Virus record (IMG/VR): IMGVR_UViG_3300044634_003731
Location: 1,155 to 65,154 of that record
Length of the DNA: 64,000 nt
Origin: a virus
Taxonomy: Duplodnaviria > Caudoviricetes
Direction: 5' to 3' (one strand)
A program made the position numbers and the translations under genes. A model generated the notes under the pieces. It saw only the letters and a list, made by a program, of their open reading frames with translations. It had not been told where the DNA came from and searched no databases. Below are positions 55,128 to 64,000 of this stretch, in pieces; the first letter of the stretch is position 1, and every line of letters begins with the position of its first letter.

Positions 55128-57443
55128 ATGGGTTTGAAAATTGTTCAAATTGGTGCAAATAAAGGGAATGATGAATTATCTCAGTATATTTTTGATAATT
55201 TTAAAAAAATAGAATTTGGATTATTTGTTGAGGCTAATAGTTTTCATATAGAAGAATTAAAAAAATGTTATGAAAACTACGAAAATATAATTGTAGAAAA
55301 TATTGCGATAAAGGATCCTTCATATTCGGAGGATAATATTACAATATACTACCACACAAATGAATATCCTCATTATGGAATAGCATCTTCTAATATTAAA
55401 CATTTAGAAAAACATATGGAATGGTGTCCTCATTTGCAGGGAGGGCAAATTGAATCTTTCAATGTTTCTTGTATTACGCTTGATGAGTTGTTTCAAAAAT
55501 ATTCAATTTGTGATCTTGATATTTTATTCTTAGATATAGAAGGGATAGATGCTGAAGTTTTATTAAGTTTTGATTGGGCAAGATATTCTATTAAAAGAGT
55601 AGAATTTGAATATATCCATCTTGGAGAACATGAAACTTATATAAAAAAAATGTTCAATGATATGGGATATTCTCAAGTGGATTCCCTTCATGAATATAAT
55701 TGGGCATTTGAAAAAAATAAGGATTTGAAAGTTTTATTTTTTGGAAGAAATTCTAGAGAAGATGTTTGGGAGTATGATTTTATCTTAAATGATATTCTTC
55801 CTAAAGATTACTTTAAAAGAACTCATTTCTTGTCTTTAGATGAAGTAAGAAATTCTTCAGACACTTTTGATGTTTTTGTTTATAGTGCCAGAAATCCAAA
55901 TAATTATCCTTGGGGATATATGCCTACCTATGAGGAATCTTTGGAATGTGTATTAAAAACAAAACCAAAAATTGTTATACAATTATCTGATGAATTTTAT
56001 TATGAAGATCTACATGAACACAATAATTTGGCAAATTATTGTAAATTATTTCTAAGACAATATCATCATCCCAATTATCAATATAATGAAAATACAATTC
56101 AACTTCCTTTAGCATATTGTAATGATACACCAATTGAAGATAAACTTATTCTAAATGTTATTGACAGGGATTTAGATTGGTCTTTTGTTGGAAATATTAA
56201 AAGCGATAGACTTGAAATGATTGATAATTTTAAGTCGATAGAAAATCATTTTGTTAGTTCTTCTTTAAGTAAAGAAGAAATGATAGATTTTTATGCCAGA
56301 TCTATTTTTGTTCCTAGTGGTAGAGGAAATTCTAGTTTAGATTGTTTTCGTTTATATGAAGCATCAATGTGTGGTGCTATTCCTGTGGTTGTTGGATCAT
56401 CTGAAGAAATTAAAAATACTTTTGCGTATGATGAAACCCCACCTTGGATATTTGCAGAATCTTGGGATGAGGCGGTAGAAAAATGTAAAAATCTTCTGGA
56501 TGATAAAGATAATTTGCAAGAGATTCAAAACAATCTATTAGATTGGTGGAGTAATATAATTATCAACATTCAAGATAAAGTCAATCGGGTTTTTGTTGGT
56601 GATACAACTGATGATCATTCATATAAACTTAAAAAATTTCCTCCAATTAATTTTATAAGTGTTGATAAATCTGAAGATAGGAGAAAACTTCTTTATGAAA
56701 AATTTTCCAAGTATAATCTAACAAATATTAGACCTCATATATTTGAAGTTTATAATGATGAAGATCACAATTATATTGGAGAATCTTTTCGTGAATTGAA
56801 TGGTATGGGAAGAGGACCTACAACTTCTCACTTAAAAGCAATTAAAGATTGGTATTTTGATACAGAAGAAGAATATGCTTTCTTCTGTGAGGATGATATA
56901 AGCTTTGAGACTGTTAAATATTGGAATTTTACTTGGGAAGAGTTTTTTAATTCTCTACCAAAAGATTGGGAATGTGTCCAACTTTGTTGGGTTAGAGAAA
57001 ATGATATGTTTGTATTTTCTAATAATGGACTTAAATTGAGACATAGATGTTGGTGTGATTGGTCGGCATGTGCATATCTTATTAAAAGGTCACATGCTAA
57101 AAAATTAATATCCAATTACTATCGAAATGGATCATTTAATCTTGATTTTGTTGGAAATGATTCTCACGTAAGGCCACAATGGGCTAAAAATCCTGTAGCA
57201 GAAACTATAGTTTTTTCCCCTCTGGGAAATCCTAAAGATAGTAATGTTAATGTGAGTCCTATATATGGATTTCCTTTATTTGTTGAAGATGTTTATAATT
57301 GTGAATCTTGTTTATTAAAGTTTGATAATTTGAATATATTAAATCGTCAAAGAGTAATTAATGAAATGTCTTACGATACAATAGTTAATTGGTGGGAAAC
57401 AAAAGGAAAAAATTTAAAGATAGAAGATATTATAGATATTTGA
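55128..57443 (+). CDS. fusion of FkbM methyltransferase, exostosin/GT47-like and GT25-like domains
   Basis: QIGANKG..VEAN..LDIEG.D; FVPSGRG..DCFRLYEA..GAIPV; FISV..S.DRR..SHLKAI..CEDD. Confidence 0.75.
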   Translation: MGLKIVQIGANKGNDELSQYIFDNFKKIEFGLFVEANSFHIEELKKCYENYENIIVENIAIKDPSYSEDNITIYYHTNEYPHYGIASSNIKHLEKHMEWCPHLQGGQIESFNVSCITLDELFQKYSICDLDILFLDIEGIDAEVLLSFDWARYSIKRVEFEYIHLGEHETYIKKMFNDMGYSQVDSLHEYNWAFEKNKDLKVLFFGRNSREDVWEYDFILNDILPKDYFKRTHFLSLDEVRNSSDTFDVFVYSARNPNNYPWGYMPTYEESLECVLKTKPKIVIQLSDEFYYEDLHEHNNLANYCKLFLRQYHHPNYQYNENTIQLPLAYCNDTPIEDKLILNVIDRDLDWSFVGNIKSDRLEMIDNFKSIENHFVSSSLSKEEMIDFYARSIFVPSGRGNSSLDCFRLYEASMCGAIPVVVGSSEEIKNTFAYDETPPWIFAESWDEAVEKCKNLLDDKDNLQEIQNNLLDWWSNIIINIQDKVNRVFVGDTTDDHSYKLKKFPPINFISVDKSEDRRKLLYEKFSKYNLTNIRPHIFEVYNDEDHNYIGESFRELNGMGRGPTTSHLKAIKDWYFDTEEEYAFFCEDDISFETVKYWNFTWEEFFNSLPKDWECVQLCWVRENDMFVFSNNGLKLRHRCWCDWSACAYLIKRSHAKKLISNYYRNGSFNLDFVGNDSHVRPQWAKNPVAETIVFSPLGNPKDSNVNVSPIYGFPLFVEDVYNCESCLLKFDNLNILNRQRVINEMSYDTIVNWWETKGKNLKIEDIIDI

Positions 57444-57493
57444 CTTTACAAAAAATAAAAAGGATGATAATATCTTATTTTAAAAACAAAGGT

Positions 57494-57733
57494 ATGAAAT
57501 TTACAGTTTATTCTAAAGATGGGTGTCCATATTGCACTAAAATTCAACAAGTACTAGAATTGACAAATTTACAGCATGTTGTTTATAAACTAAATGTTGA
57601 TTTTACTCGTGAAGAATTTTATTCTGAGTTTGGAGATGGATCTACTTTTCCCCAGATTGTTTTAAATGATACTCAGCATCTTGGTGGATGCTCAGATACA
57701 GTTCAATATTTGAAAGAACAGAATTTGATTTAA
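57494..57733 (+). CDS. glutaredoxin
   Basis: CPYC, TFPQI, GGCSD. Confidence 0.93.
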   Translation: MKFTVYSKDGCPYCTKIQQVLELTNLQHVVYKLNVDFTREEFYSEFGDGSTFPQIVLNDTQHLGGCSDTVQYLKEQNLI

Positions 57734-57957
57734 TTGTGAAAGAAGATCAGGATGATAAAAAAAGAAAACTAAATAAAAATGAACCTCAGATTAATCGAGG
57801 TATTGAATTATTATTACGCAATAGGAGGAGAGAATCTACACCAAAAACGTTTCAATTGAAATTTGGTAAGATGATTTCTCTTTTTCGTAGAGAGTTTCAT
57901 TTTTTTATAGAATTTCATTTCGATATTAGAAAAAAATAAACTCTCTGGAGAAAGCAA

Positions 57958-58209
57958 ATGGAACTATCAATCATTTTGACCTTTACAATTTTATTTTGTG
58001 TAATGTTCCTTTTCATCGGTTTAATTGGTGGATGGATTTTTAAACAATATCAAGTAGAAAGAATTTACGGTATTCGCAATATTCATCCAGAATTTCTTGA
58101 TAACAATGGAAATATAATACCTGATGAAGTATTAGCTGTTCGTTTTGAAGAGGGATTTTTTGATGGTGAAGAATATGATGATGAAGATGATGAAAATGAA
58201 GAAGATTAA
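57958..58209 (+). CDS. membrane protein with acidic tail
   Basis: TM helix followed by HPEFLD.NGN. Confidence 0.7.
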   Translation: MELSIILTFTILFCVMFLFIGLIGGWIFKQYQVERIYGIRNIHPEFLDNNGNIIPDEVLAVRFEEGFFDGEEYDDEDDENEED

Positions 58210-58254
58210 TAAATAACCAAAATAACTATATTAAACTGATTTGTATTAAAAATT

Positions 58255-58821
58255 ATGGCAGCAACTAAAACAAAACCTAAAACATTGATTGAAAATTTAC
58301 CTACAAATCCTTTTATTTTTGAAATTTTAAATTTAGTTTCAAAACAAAGAACAAATGGTAAAAAAATAGAAATTCTTCAAAAATATGAAGATCCTTCACT
58401 TAAAACAATTTTAATTTGGAACTTTGACGAGTCTGTGATTTCTTTACTTCCAGAGGGGGAAGTTCCTTATGCAAGTACAGGGGAGCAGACATCTTATAGT
58501 GGAACATTAAGTGGAAAAATTGAAGATGCAGTTTCTAAAATGGAAGAAATGAATTCAAATTCTCTTGGATCTATGGACCAAGGTAAATCTTCAATTAGAA
58601 AAGAATATACTATGTTTTATAATTTCGTAAAAGGTGGTAATGATGGATTAAGTTCTCTTCGCAGAGAAACTATGTTTATCAATATTCTTCAGGGTCTTCA
58701 TCCACTTGAAGCGGAAATTGTTTGTCTTGTAAAAGATAAAAAACTTCAAAATAAATATAAAATTACTAAAGAAATTGTTAGTGAGGCATATCCCGATATT
58801 CAATGGGGTGGTCGTTCATGA
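58255..58821 (+). CDS. conserved T4-like hypothetical protein
   Basis: IWNFD..LPEGEVPY, RRE.MFI..L.GLHP.EAE. Confidence 0.8.
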   Translation: MAATKTKPKTLIENLPTNPFIFEILNLVSKQRTNGKKIEILQKYEDPSLKTILIWNFDESVISLLPEGEVPYASTGEQTSYSGTLSGKIEDAVSKMEEMNSNSLGSMDQGKSSIRKEYTMFYNFVKGGNDGLSSLRRETMFINILQGLHPLEAEIVCLVKDKKLQNKYKITKEIVSEAYPDIQWGGRS

Positions 58822-59150
58822 ATGTGCTTTTAAAGGAGAAATCGAAAATGGCAGAAAAAAATCAAACCAATAAAGTTCTGCCTAGTGAATATGGATGTGA
58901 AATTCTTCTTGAAAAGACCACTCTTGATAAAACAAAAGATTCTTCATTTCCAAATGACGCATATTTAATTTGGTATAAAGTGGATGAAGAAATTCACATC
59001 GATCTTGTAAGAGGATCTAGGGTCCGTATTTTTGATATGTATTATGATAAGTATGGATTGGGATCTGTTCAAAAAATCGATTTTGGATATGGAAGAACAA
59101 ATCCAAAATTGTGGAGATATCAAAAACCAGAAAAGAAAAAAAAGAAATGA
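58818..59150 (+). CDS. hypothetical protein
   Basis: IFDMYYD...FGYGRTNPKLW. Confidence 0.7.
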   Translation: MNVLLKEKSKMAEKNQTNKVLPSEYGCEILLEKTTLDKTKDSSFPNDAYLIWYKVDEEIHIDLVRGSRVRIFDMYYDKYGLGSVQKIDFGYGRTNPKLWRYQKPEKKKKK

Positions 59151-59338
59151 ATAAAGGATTTAATAATGATCTTGAAGTTCAATTTGAACTTCCCAAACAA
59201 GATTTAAATAAACTTTTAAAACAATATAAAAAAGTAAAAAAATATCAAAAATCATCTCTGTTTGCTATTAAATCAATGGATGGTACTGAAGAGATTGTGA
59301 GTTCATTGATTAAGGAAGCGGAGGATAATCCACTATAA
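59147..59338 (+). CDS. hypothetical protein
   Basis: Basic small ORF coupled to its neighbours. Confidence 0.6.
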   Translation: MNKGFNNDLEVQFELPKQDLNKLLKQYKKVKKYQKSSLFAIKSMDGTEEIVSSLIKEAEDNPL

Positions 59339-59665
59339 ATGGGTAAGCATTATCTACTTAACTTGTATGGATGCTCGTTTGTTCTTTTGGATGATGAGCG
59401 TTGTCTTATTGACCTTTTAGAAAACGCAGCGGTTGCAAGTGGTGCTACTGTGATTCAGACTATCTCAAAGAAGTTTGAACCACAGGGAGTCACTGTAATT
59501 TGTCTGTTGTCGGAAAGTCATATCAGTATTCATACTTGGCCGGAGGAAGGTAAAGCAGCAGTGGATGTCTATACCTGTGGTGATTGTAATCCAAAGATTG
59601 GATGTGATATTATTATTCAGCAACTTTATGCTCAAAATCATACGTTAAGTTATATTGAGCGATAA
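59339..59665 (+). CDS. speD: S-adenosylmethionine decarboxylase proenzyme
   Basis: FEPQGVT..LLSESHISIHTWPE...DVYTCG. Confidence 0.95.
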   Translation: MGKHYLLNLYGCSFVLLDDERCLIDLLENAAVASGATVIQTISKKFEPQGVTVICLLSESHISIHTWPEEGKAAVDVYTCGDCNPKIGCDIIIQQLYAQNHTLSYIER

Positions 59666-59692
59666 CTAAATACACTATACCTGGAGAAGACT

Positions 59693-60010
59693 ATGCTCTC
59701 TACTCAATACCGTCTTCGCCTTGAAGCAATCTGTGAGAGAATTGTAAAGGGCGAATCTGTAGAGTTAAATGAAATGATATGGGCGGAAAAGTTAGCAAAA
59801 GCAAATCGTTCTGCCTCAACTATTTTGAGACAAGCAAGACGCCGTGCCGCTAATCCAGATATGCAAGAAGGTGGTATGGATGATTTTCTAAATCAACTAG
59901 ATTTGGGCGATCCAGATCCATCAAATCATAGAACAGGATTTAATGATGTAGATGATATTATTGACTTCTTTAGTCAAGATAAACCAGATGACTGGCGTAC
60001 TAGAGATTAA
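59693..60010 (+). CDS. hypothetical protein
   Basis: MLSTQYRLRLE...LGDPDPSNH...DWRTRD. Confidence 0.75.
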   Translation: MLSTQYRLRLEAICERIVKGESVELNEMIWAEKLAKANRSASTILRQARRRAANPDMQEGGMDDFLNQLDLGDPDPSNHRTGFNDVDDIIDFFSQDKPDDWRTRD

Positions 60011-60014
60011 TTTG

Positions 60015-60065
60015 GTATAATATTTTACAATTTTATTTGCATAACTATACTAACAGGTCTATAAT
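60015..60065 (+). promoter_or_regulatory. NtcA-like box plus sigma70 promoter
   Basis: GTA-N8-TAC 60015-60028; TTGCAT-N17-TATAAT. Confidence 0.55.
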
Positions 60066-60072
60066 GACCTTA

Positions 60073-60166
60073 CGTTCATCCCTATGGGACGGAAGTAAGC
60101 CGACGCGGAACGGATCGTTCATTCGCTATTCGTAAATAGCGAACGCAAACGCCGACTGAAGGAACG
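60073..60166 (+). ncRNA. tandem glutamine riboswitch aptamers (glnA / Downstream-peptide family)
   Basis: Two CGTTCA...CGAC...GGAACG units (60073-60112, 60116-60166) upstream of a YRG-motif ORF. Confidence 0.82.
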
Positions 60167-60199
60167 CTCTTTAACTTAAAAAACTAAGGAGAAAACCTA

Positions 60200-60337
60200 A
60201 TGTCTAAAGTAGTTTATCGCGGTATCGAGTATGATACTGAAAAGCGTATTCAGTATCAGCAACAAATGATGCAACAACCTCAACAATACAATGAAACCTA
60301 TCGTGGTGTTAAGTTTGTAAAGGAGGGGCATAAGTGA
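60200..60337 (+). CDS. DUF4278-like small protein (45 aa)
   Basis: AAGGAG RBS; MSKVVYRGIEYD...TYRGVKF. Confidence 0.85.
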   Translation: MSKVVYRGIEYDTEKRIQYQQQMMQQPQQYNETYRGVKFVKEGHK

Positions 60338-60435
60338 TTAAGAAACTTAATGTATTGCAACTCATAAAAGAGCAAAAGCAAAAAGAAGAGAGGCGCAAAA
60401 AAGCATCTCTTGCCACTCTATTGGCAGCAAAATAA
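60334..60435 (+). CDS. 33-aa basic peptide
   Basis: AGGAGG RBS, GTGA overlap; terminator at 60441-60469. Confidence 0.5.
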   Translation: MIKKLNVLQLIKEQKQKEERRKKASLATLLAAK

Positions 60436-60501
60436 CATAAGAGGGGGACTTGACTCCCCCTCTTTTTTTATGTATAATTACCTTTGTCGAGGTTGATAAA
60501 A

Positions 60502-60672
60502 ATGGATAGAGAAAAGATTAAGCTCATCGTAAGAAACCTTGAGACTTTAGTTGAATGTCTTAAGAAAGAACTTGATTTTGAAGTTAAAGATCCTCAATAT
60601 GAGGAAGTTAAGAATTTTCTAGCTGATTACGACGAAGTATTTTATGACGAGGAGGATGAATATAATGTTTGA
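60502..60672 (+). CDS. small acidic hypothetical protein
   Basis: MDREKIKLIVRNLE...DYDEVF. Confidence 0.65.
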   Translation: MDREKIKLIVRNLETLVECLKKELDFEVKDPQYEEVKNFLADYDEVFYDEEDEYNV

Positions 60673-61375
60673 TGACTTTGAGTTTATGAAACCAGAAGTA
60701 AAACTTGTATCTGTTACACCAGGTGCAGAGAAACATATGGCATACTGTGCTCGTGTTTCTAATCCAGCAAACCAGGAGAATGATAAGTTTGCTGGACTAC
60801 TTAAGTATTGTATTCAGCATCAGCATTGGAGTATCTTTGAACAAGCTTCAATGACTGTAGAAATTAATACTACTCGTGGTCTAGCAGCACAAATTCTTCG
60901 TCATAGGAGTTTTACATATCAGGAATTTTCACAACGATATGCTGATAGTACTCTTCTTGGAAAAACCATTCCTCTTCCAGAACTTCGTCGTCAGGATAAT
61001 AAGAATCGTCAGAACTCAATTGACGATATTCCTGATTATTTGAAACTAACCCTAACAGAAGATATTCGCGTTCATTTTGAGCACTCTATGCGCCTCTACA
61101 ATCGCCTTCTAGAGAAAGGAGTAGCAAAGGAGTGTGCAAGGTTTGTACTGCCTCTAGCAACGCCTACACGCCTCTATATGACCGGTTCTGTAAGGTCATG
61201 GATCCATTACATTGATCTACGGTCTGCTCACGGCACACAAAAGGAACATATGGAGATTGCTGAACTTGTACGTTGTATCTTCACTTGTCAGTTTCCTGCA
61301 GTATCTGAAGCACTTGGTTGGACTCGTGAAGGATGCTCTGAATGCGTTGATCCTCCTTCTATTACTATTGAATAA
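60665..61375 (+). CDS. thyX: flavin-dependent thymidylate synthase
   Basis: HWSIFEQ, QILRHRSFTYQEFSQRY, ARFVLP, TQKEH; start uncertain. Confidence 0.95.
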   Translation: MFDDFEFMKPEVKLVSVTPGAEKHMAYCARVSNPANQENDKFAGLLKYCIQHQHWSIFEQASMTVEINTTRGLAAQILRHRSFTYQEFSQRYADSTLLGKTIPLPELRRQDNKNRQNSIDDIPDYLKLTLTEDIRVHFEHSMRLYNRLLEKGVAKECARFVLPLATPTRLYMTGSVRSWIHYIDLRSAHGTQKEHMEIAELVRCIFTCQFPAVSEALGWTREGCSECVDPPSITIE

Positions 61376-61404
61376 ATACTCCCATATACTATGGAGGAAT
61401 AAAG

Positions 61405-61653
61405 TTGGCAACTTATCCAATTTATAATAAAATTACTGGAGAACAAAAAGAGATTGTTCTCAGTGTTCATGAGTGGGATCAATGGAAAAAAGATAATCCG
61501 GAATGGGATAGGGATTGGAGTGATCCATCAACTTGTCCAGCATCTGGTGAAATAGGTGAAGTTTATGATAAACTAAAGAAGTCTCATCCCGGATGGAACG
61601 ATGTCTTGCATCGTGCAAGCAAAATGCCAGGGTCAAAAGTAAAACCAGTTTAA
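61405..61653 (+). CDS. hypothetical protein
   Basis: ATYP...TGE...NPEW...GWNDVL. Confidence 0.7.
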   Translation: MATYPIYNKITGEQKEIVLSVHEWDQWKKDNPEWDRDWSDPSTCPASGEIGEVYDKLKKSHPGWNDVLHRASKMPGSKVKPV

Positions 61654-61662
61654 TTTTTTTAT

Positions 61663-62418
61663 ATGGCAAGAAGAAAAAGAGTAGATGACCAACCAATTGG
61701 TGTTGGAATGACTGCAAAACAAATAAAGCGCAAAAAACCAATTAGTGCTGATTTGATGAGAGATGTTGAACCTCTTACTGAGAATCAAAAACTTCTTTTT
61801 AAATCATATGATTCAAATCAAAATATTGTTGCTTATGGTGCAGCAGGTACGGGTAAAACTTTCATCACTCTCTATAATGCACTTCAAGAAGTTTTAGATG
61901 AAAGGTCTCCTTACGAAAAAATTTATATTGTAAGATCTCTTGTTGCTACTCGTGAGATTGGGTTTCTTCCTGGAGATCATGAAGACAAGTCTTCTCTTTA
62001 CCAAATTCCATATAAGAATATGGTAAAGTATATGTTTAATATGCCAGATGATCCATCTTTTGAGATGCTCTATGGAAATCTTAAGACTCAAGGTACGATT
62101 AGTTTTTGGAGTACTTCTTTTATTCGCGGAACTACTCTAGACAAAGCAATTATTATTGTTGATGAATTTCAGAATCTTAACTTCCATGAATTGGATTCTA
62201 TTATTACTCGGGTTGGTGAAGATAGTAAAATTATGTTCTGTGGTGATGCCACTCAAAGTGATTTAATTAAAACTAATGAGAAGAATGGTATTATTGATTT
62301 TATGAAGATTCTTCGTGTAATGCCATCATTTGATATTATTGAATTTGGTATTGAAGATATTGTTCGTTCTGGACTAGTTAAAGAGTATATCGTAGCAAAA
62401 ACTGAATTGAATCTATGA
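61663..62418 (+). CDS. phoH: PhoH-family ATPase
   Basis: GAAGTGKT, GFLPG, RGTT, DEFQN, GDATQSD, DIVRS. Confidence 0.95.
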   Translation: MARRKRVDDQPIGVGMTAKQIKRKKPISADLMRDVEPLTENQKLLFKSYDSNQNIVAYGAAGTGKTFITLYNALQEVLDERSPYEKIYIVRSLVATREIGFLPGDHEDKSSLYQIPYKNMVKYMFNMPDDPSFEMLYGNLKTQGTISFWSTSFIRGTTLDKAIIIVDEFQNLNFHELDSIITRVGEDSKIMFCGDATQSDLIKTNEKNGIIDFMKILRVMPSFDIIEFGIEDIVRSGLVKEYIVAKTELNL

Positions 62419-63095
62419 CATTTATTCATCATAATTACTTGGGTGATATTGAACTAGAATGTAAGACAACAGAAAGCATCCGTCTTTATAATCTACCTAA
62501 TGGAGGATGGGTGCCTTCTATTACTTCTGTAACTTCTTTTTATAATCGTCAGATTTTTATTGATTGGCGTAAAAGAGTTGGTCTCGAAGAAGCAAACCGA
62601 ATTACTAAAAAAGCAACAGCAAGAGGAACTGATTTTCACCAAGTGTGTCAAGATTATCTTGAAAATAAAGAGTTAAATTGGGATGATTATCAACTCTTAA
62701 CAAAACACATGTTTCATCATGCTAAACCATACTTAGATAAGATAAATAATATTCATGCAATCGAAAGAACTCTTTATTCGGAGTACTTGGGACTTGCTGG
62801 AAGAGTTGATTGTATCGCAGAATATGAAGGAGAACTTGCAGTTATTGACTTCAAGACTTCAGAGAAAATAAAACCAGAAAAGTGGATTGAAAACTATTTT
62901 GTACAAGAAACATTTTATGCTGCGGCATACTATGAACTAACTGGAAAAGTAGTTGAAAAACTCATTACATTGATGGTCACTCCTGGTGGAGAAGTAAAAG
63001 TGTTTGACAAAAGGAATAAAGGAGACTATATTAAACTATTAGTTCGTTACATTAAAGAATTTGTACATCACAATACTGGGTCAAATGGAGAATGA
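62415..63095 (+). CDS. PD-(D/E)XK exonuclease (T4-like core gene)
   Basis: PSITSV, RGT.FH, AGRVDCI, IDFKTS, Q..YA. Confidence 0.9.
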   Translation: MTFIHHNYLGDIELECKTTESIRLYNLPNGGWVPSITSVTSFYNRQIFIDWRKRVGLEEANRITKKATARGTDFHQVCQDYLENKELNWDDYQLLTKHMFHHAKPYLDKINNIHAIERTLYSEYLGLAGRVDCIAEYEGELAVIDFKTSEKIKPEKWIENYFVQETFYAAAYYELTGKVVEKLITLMVTPGGEVKVFDKRNKGDYIKLLVRYIKEFVHHNTGSNGE

Positions 63096-63339
63096 GTTAG
63101 AAAAAGCACTTGAAAATAAATTCATTTCTTCTGCAAAATTTTCTGAAGAAATTGAAAAAATAGTATCAAGTCAAAAAGTTAATTATATTGATGCAATAGT
63201 ATTTTATTGCGAACAAAATACTATTGATTTAGAATCTATTCCTAAACTTATATCAAAACCTTTGAAAGAAAAGATTAAATATGAGGCAATGGAACTTAAT
63301 TTTCTTAAAAAAACTTCCCGTGCAAAATTGATCTTTTAA
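63085..63339 (+). CDS. gp33: gp33 late transcription co-activator
   Basis: FSEEIEKIV..YIDAIV..CE..LISKPLKEKIK.EA..LNFLK. Confidence 0.88.
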   Translation: MENELEKALENKFISSAKFSEEIEKIVSSQKVNYIDAIVFYCEQNTIDLESIPKLISKPLKEKIKYEAMELNFLKKTSRAKLIF

Positions 63340-63340
63340 T

Positions 63341-63961
63341 ATGTGGTATGTTTATGCATATTTAAGAAAAAATAAAACTCCTTACTATATTGGAAAGGGT
63401 AGTGGTAAAAGATGTTATGTAAAACATCGTAGAGGTAATGGTGGATTTTCGGCTCCCGAAAAAGAAAGAATACTTATTTTAAAAGAATTTAATAATGAAG
63501 ATGAATGTTTTCAATTTGAAAAATATATGATTTTTCTTTATGGGAGAAAAATTGATGGGGGAATCCTTATTAATGAATGTTTAGGTGGGTTAGGTAAAAA
63601 AACTATTTTTACTGAAGATGAAAGAATTCAAAAAAGAAAACAAAGCAGGCAAAAATGGTTAGAAAAAAATAAAGAATATCATAAAAATTATTGGGAAAAA
63701 AATAAAGAAAAGTTAAATAATAAACAAAATGAAAGATACTATGGAAATTTAGAAAGTAGAAAACAATACTGGCAAGATAATAAAGAGCAATTAAACAAGA
63801 AACAAAGAGAAAAATATAATGAAGGAGAAAGTGAAAAAAGAAAAGAATATAAAAAAAATTATGGTGAGGAATATAGAAAGAAAAATAGAGAAAAGCATAG
63901 GCAATATATGAAACAATATTACAATATGAAAAAACTTGAAAATAGTAATGAGGATGAATAA
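63341..63961 (+). CDS. free-standing GIY-YIG homing endonuclease
   Basis: YVYAY....PYYIGKG.G.R, E..I...GR...G.L.N...GG; charged repeat tail. Confidence 0.85.
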   Translation: MWYVYAYLRKNKTPYYIGKGSGKRCYVKHRRGNGGFSAPEKERILILKEFNNEDECFQFEKYMIFLYGRKIDGGILINECLGGLGKKTIFTEDERIQKRKQSRQKWLEKNKEYHKNYWEKNKEKLNNKQNERYYGNLESRKQYWQDNKEQLNKKQREKYNEGESEKRKEYKKNYGEEYRKKNREKHRQYMKQYYNMKKLENSNEDE

Positions 63962-64000
63962 AGTGGTTCCTTTTGATGTCTATAAATGTTATTTGTCATT
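63954..64000 (+). CDS. probable gp59 helicase loader, N-terminus only
   Basis: MNKVVPFDVYKCYLS; expected position after gp33; truncated by window edge. Confidence 0.55.
   Translation, partial: MNKVVPFDVYKCYLS

Noticed and set aside
62415-63095. Cas4 / CRISPR association
   Set aside because: Core T4-like exonuclease in the usual phoH-exo-gp33 order, without the Cas4 Fe-S cysteines

Overview
This is a 64-kb segment of an AT-rich T4-like cyanomyophage, probably freshwater and S-CRM01-like by gene content, with almost all genes on the + strand. In order it holds: core replication and nucleotide genes (gp41, mazG, gp61, nrdA/B); 25 tRNA genes including unusual Thr(AGU) and Ile(UAU), plus a circularly permuted two-piece tmRNA and several structured inter-tRNA RNAs; a 14-kb glycan synthesis and decoration island; host-derived genes (porin, 2 hli, petF, peroxiredoxin); a lysin locus; Gly/Pro-rich fibre genes next to two 2OG-Fe(II) oxygenases; psbA split by three ORF-less group I introns and followed by an F-CphI-like endonuclease; psbD, talC, gnd, speD, tandem glutamine riboswitches, thyX, phoH and gp33. 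The strongest unannotated signal is at 39911-39983, where an A_AAA_AAG slippery site and an H-type pseudoknot would fuse a C39-like peptidase to a start-less GH24 lysozyme by programmed -1 frameshifting. All calls come from reading motifs by eye; no database searches were run.
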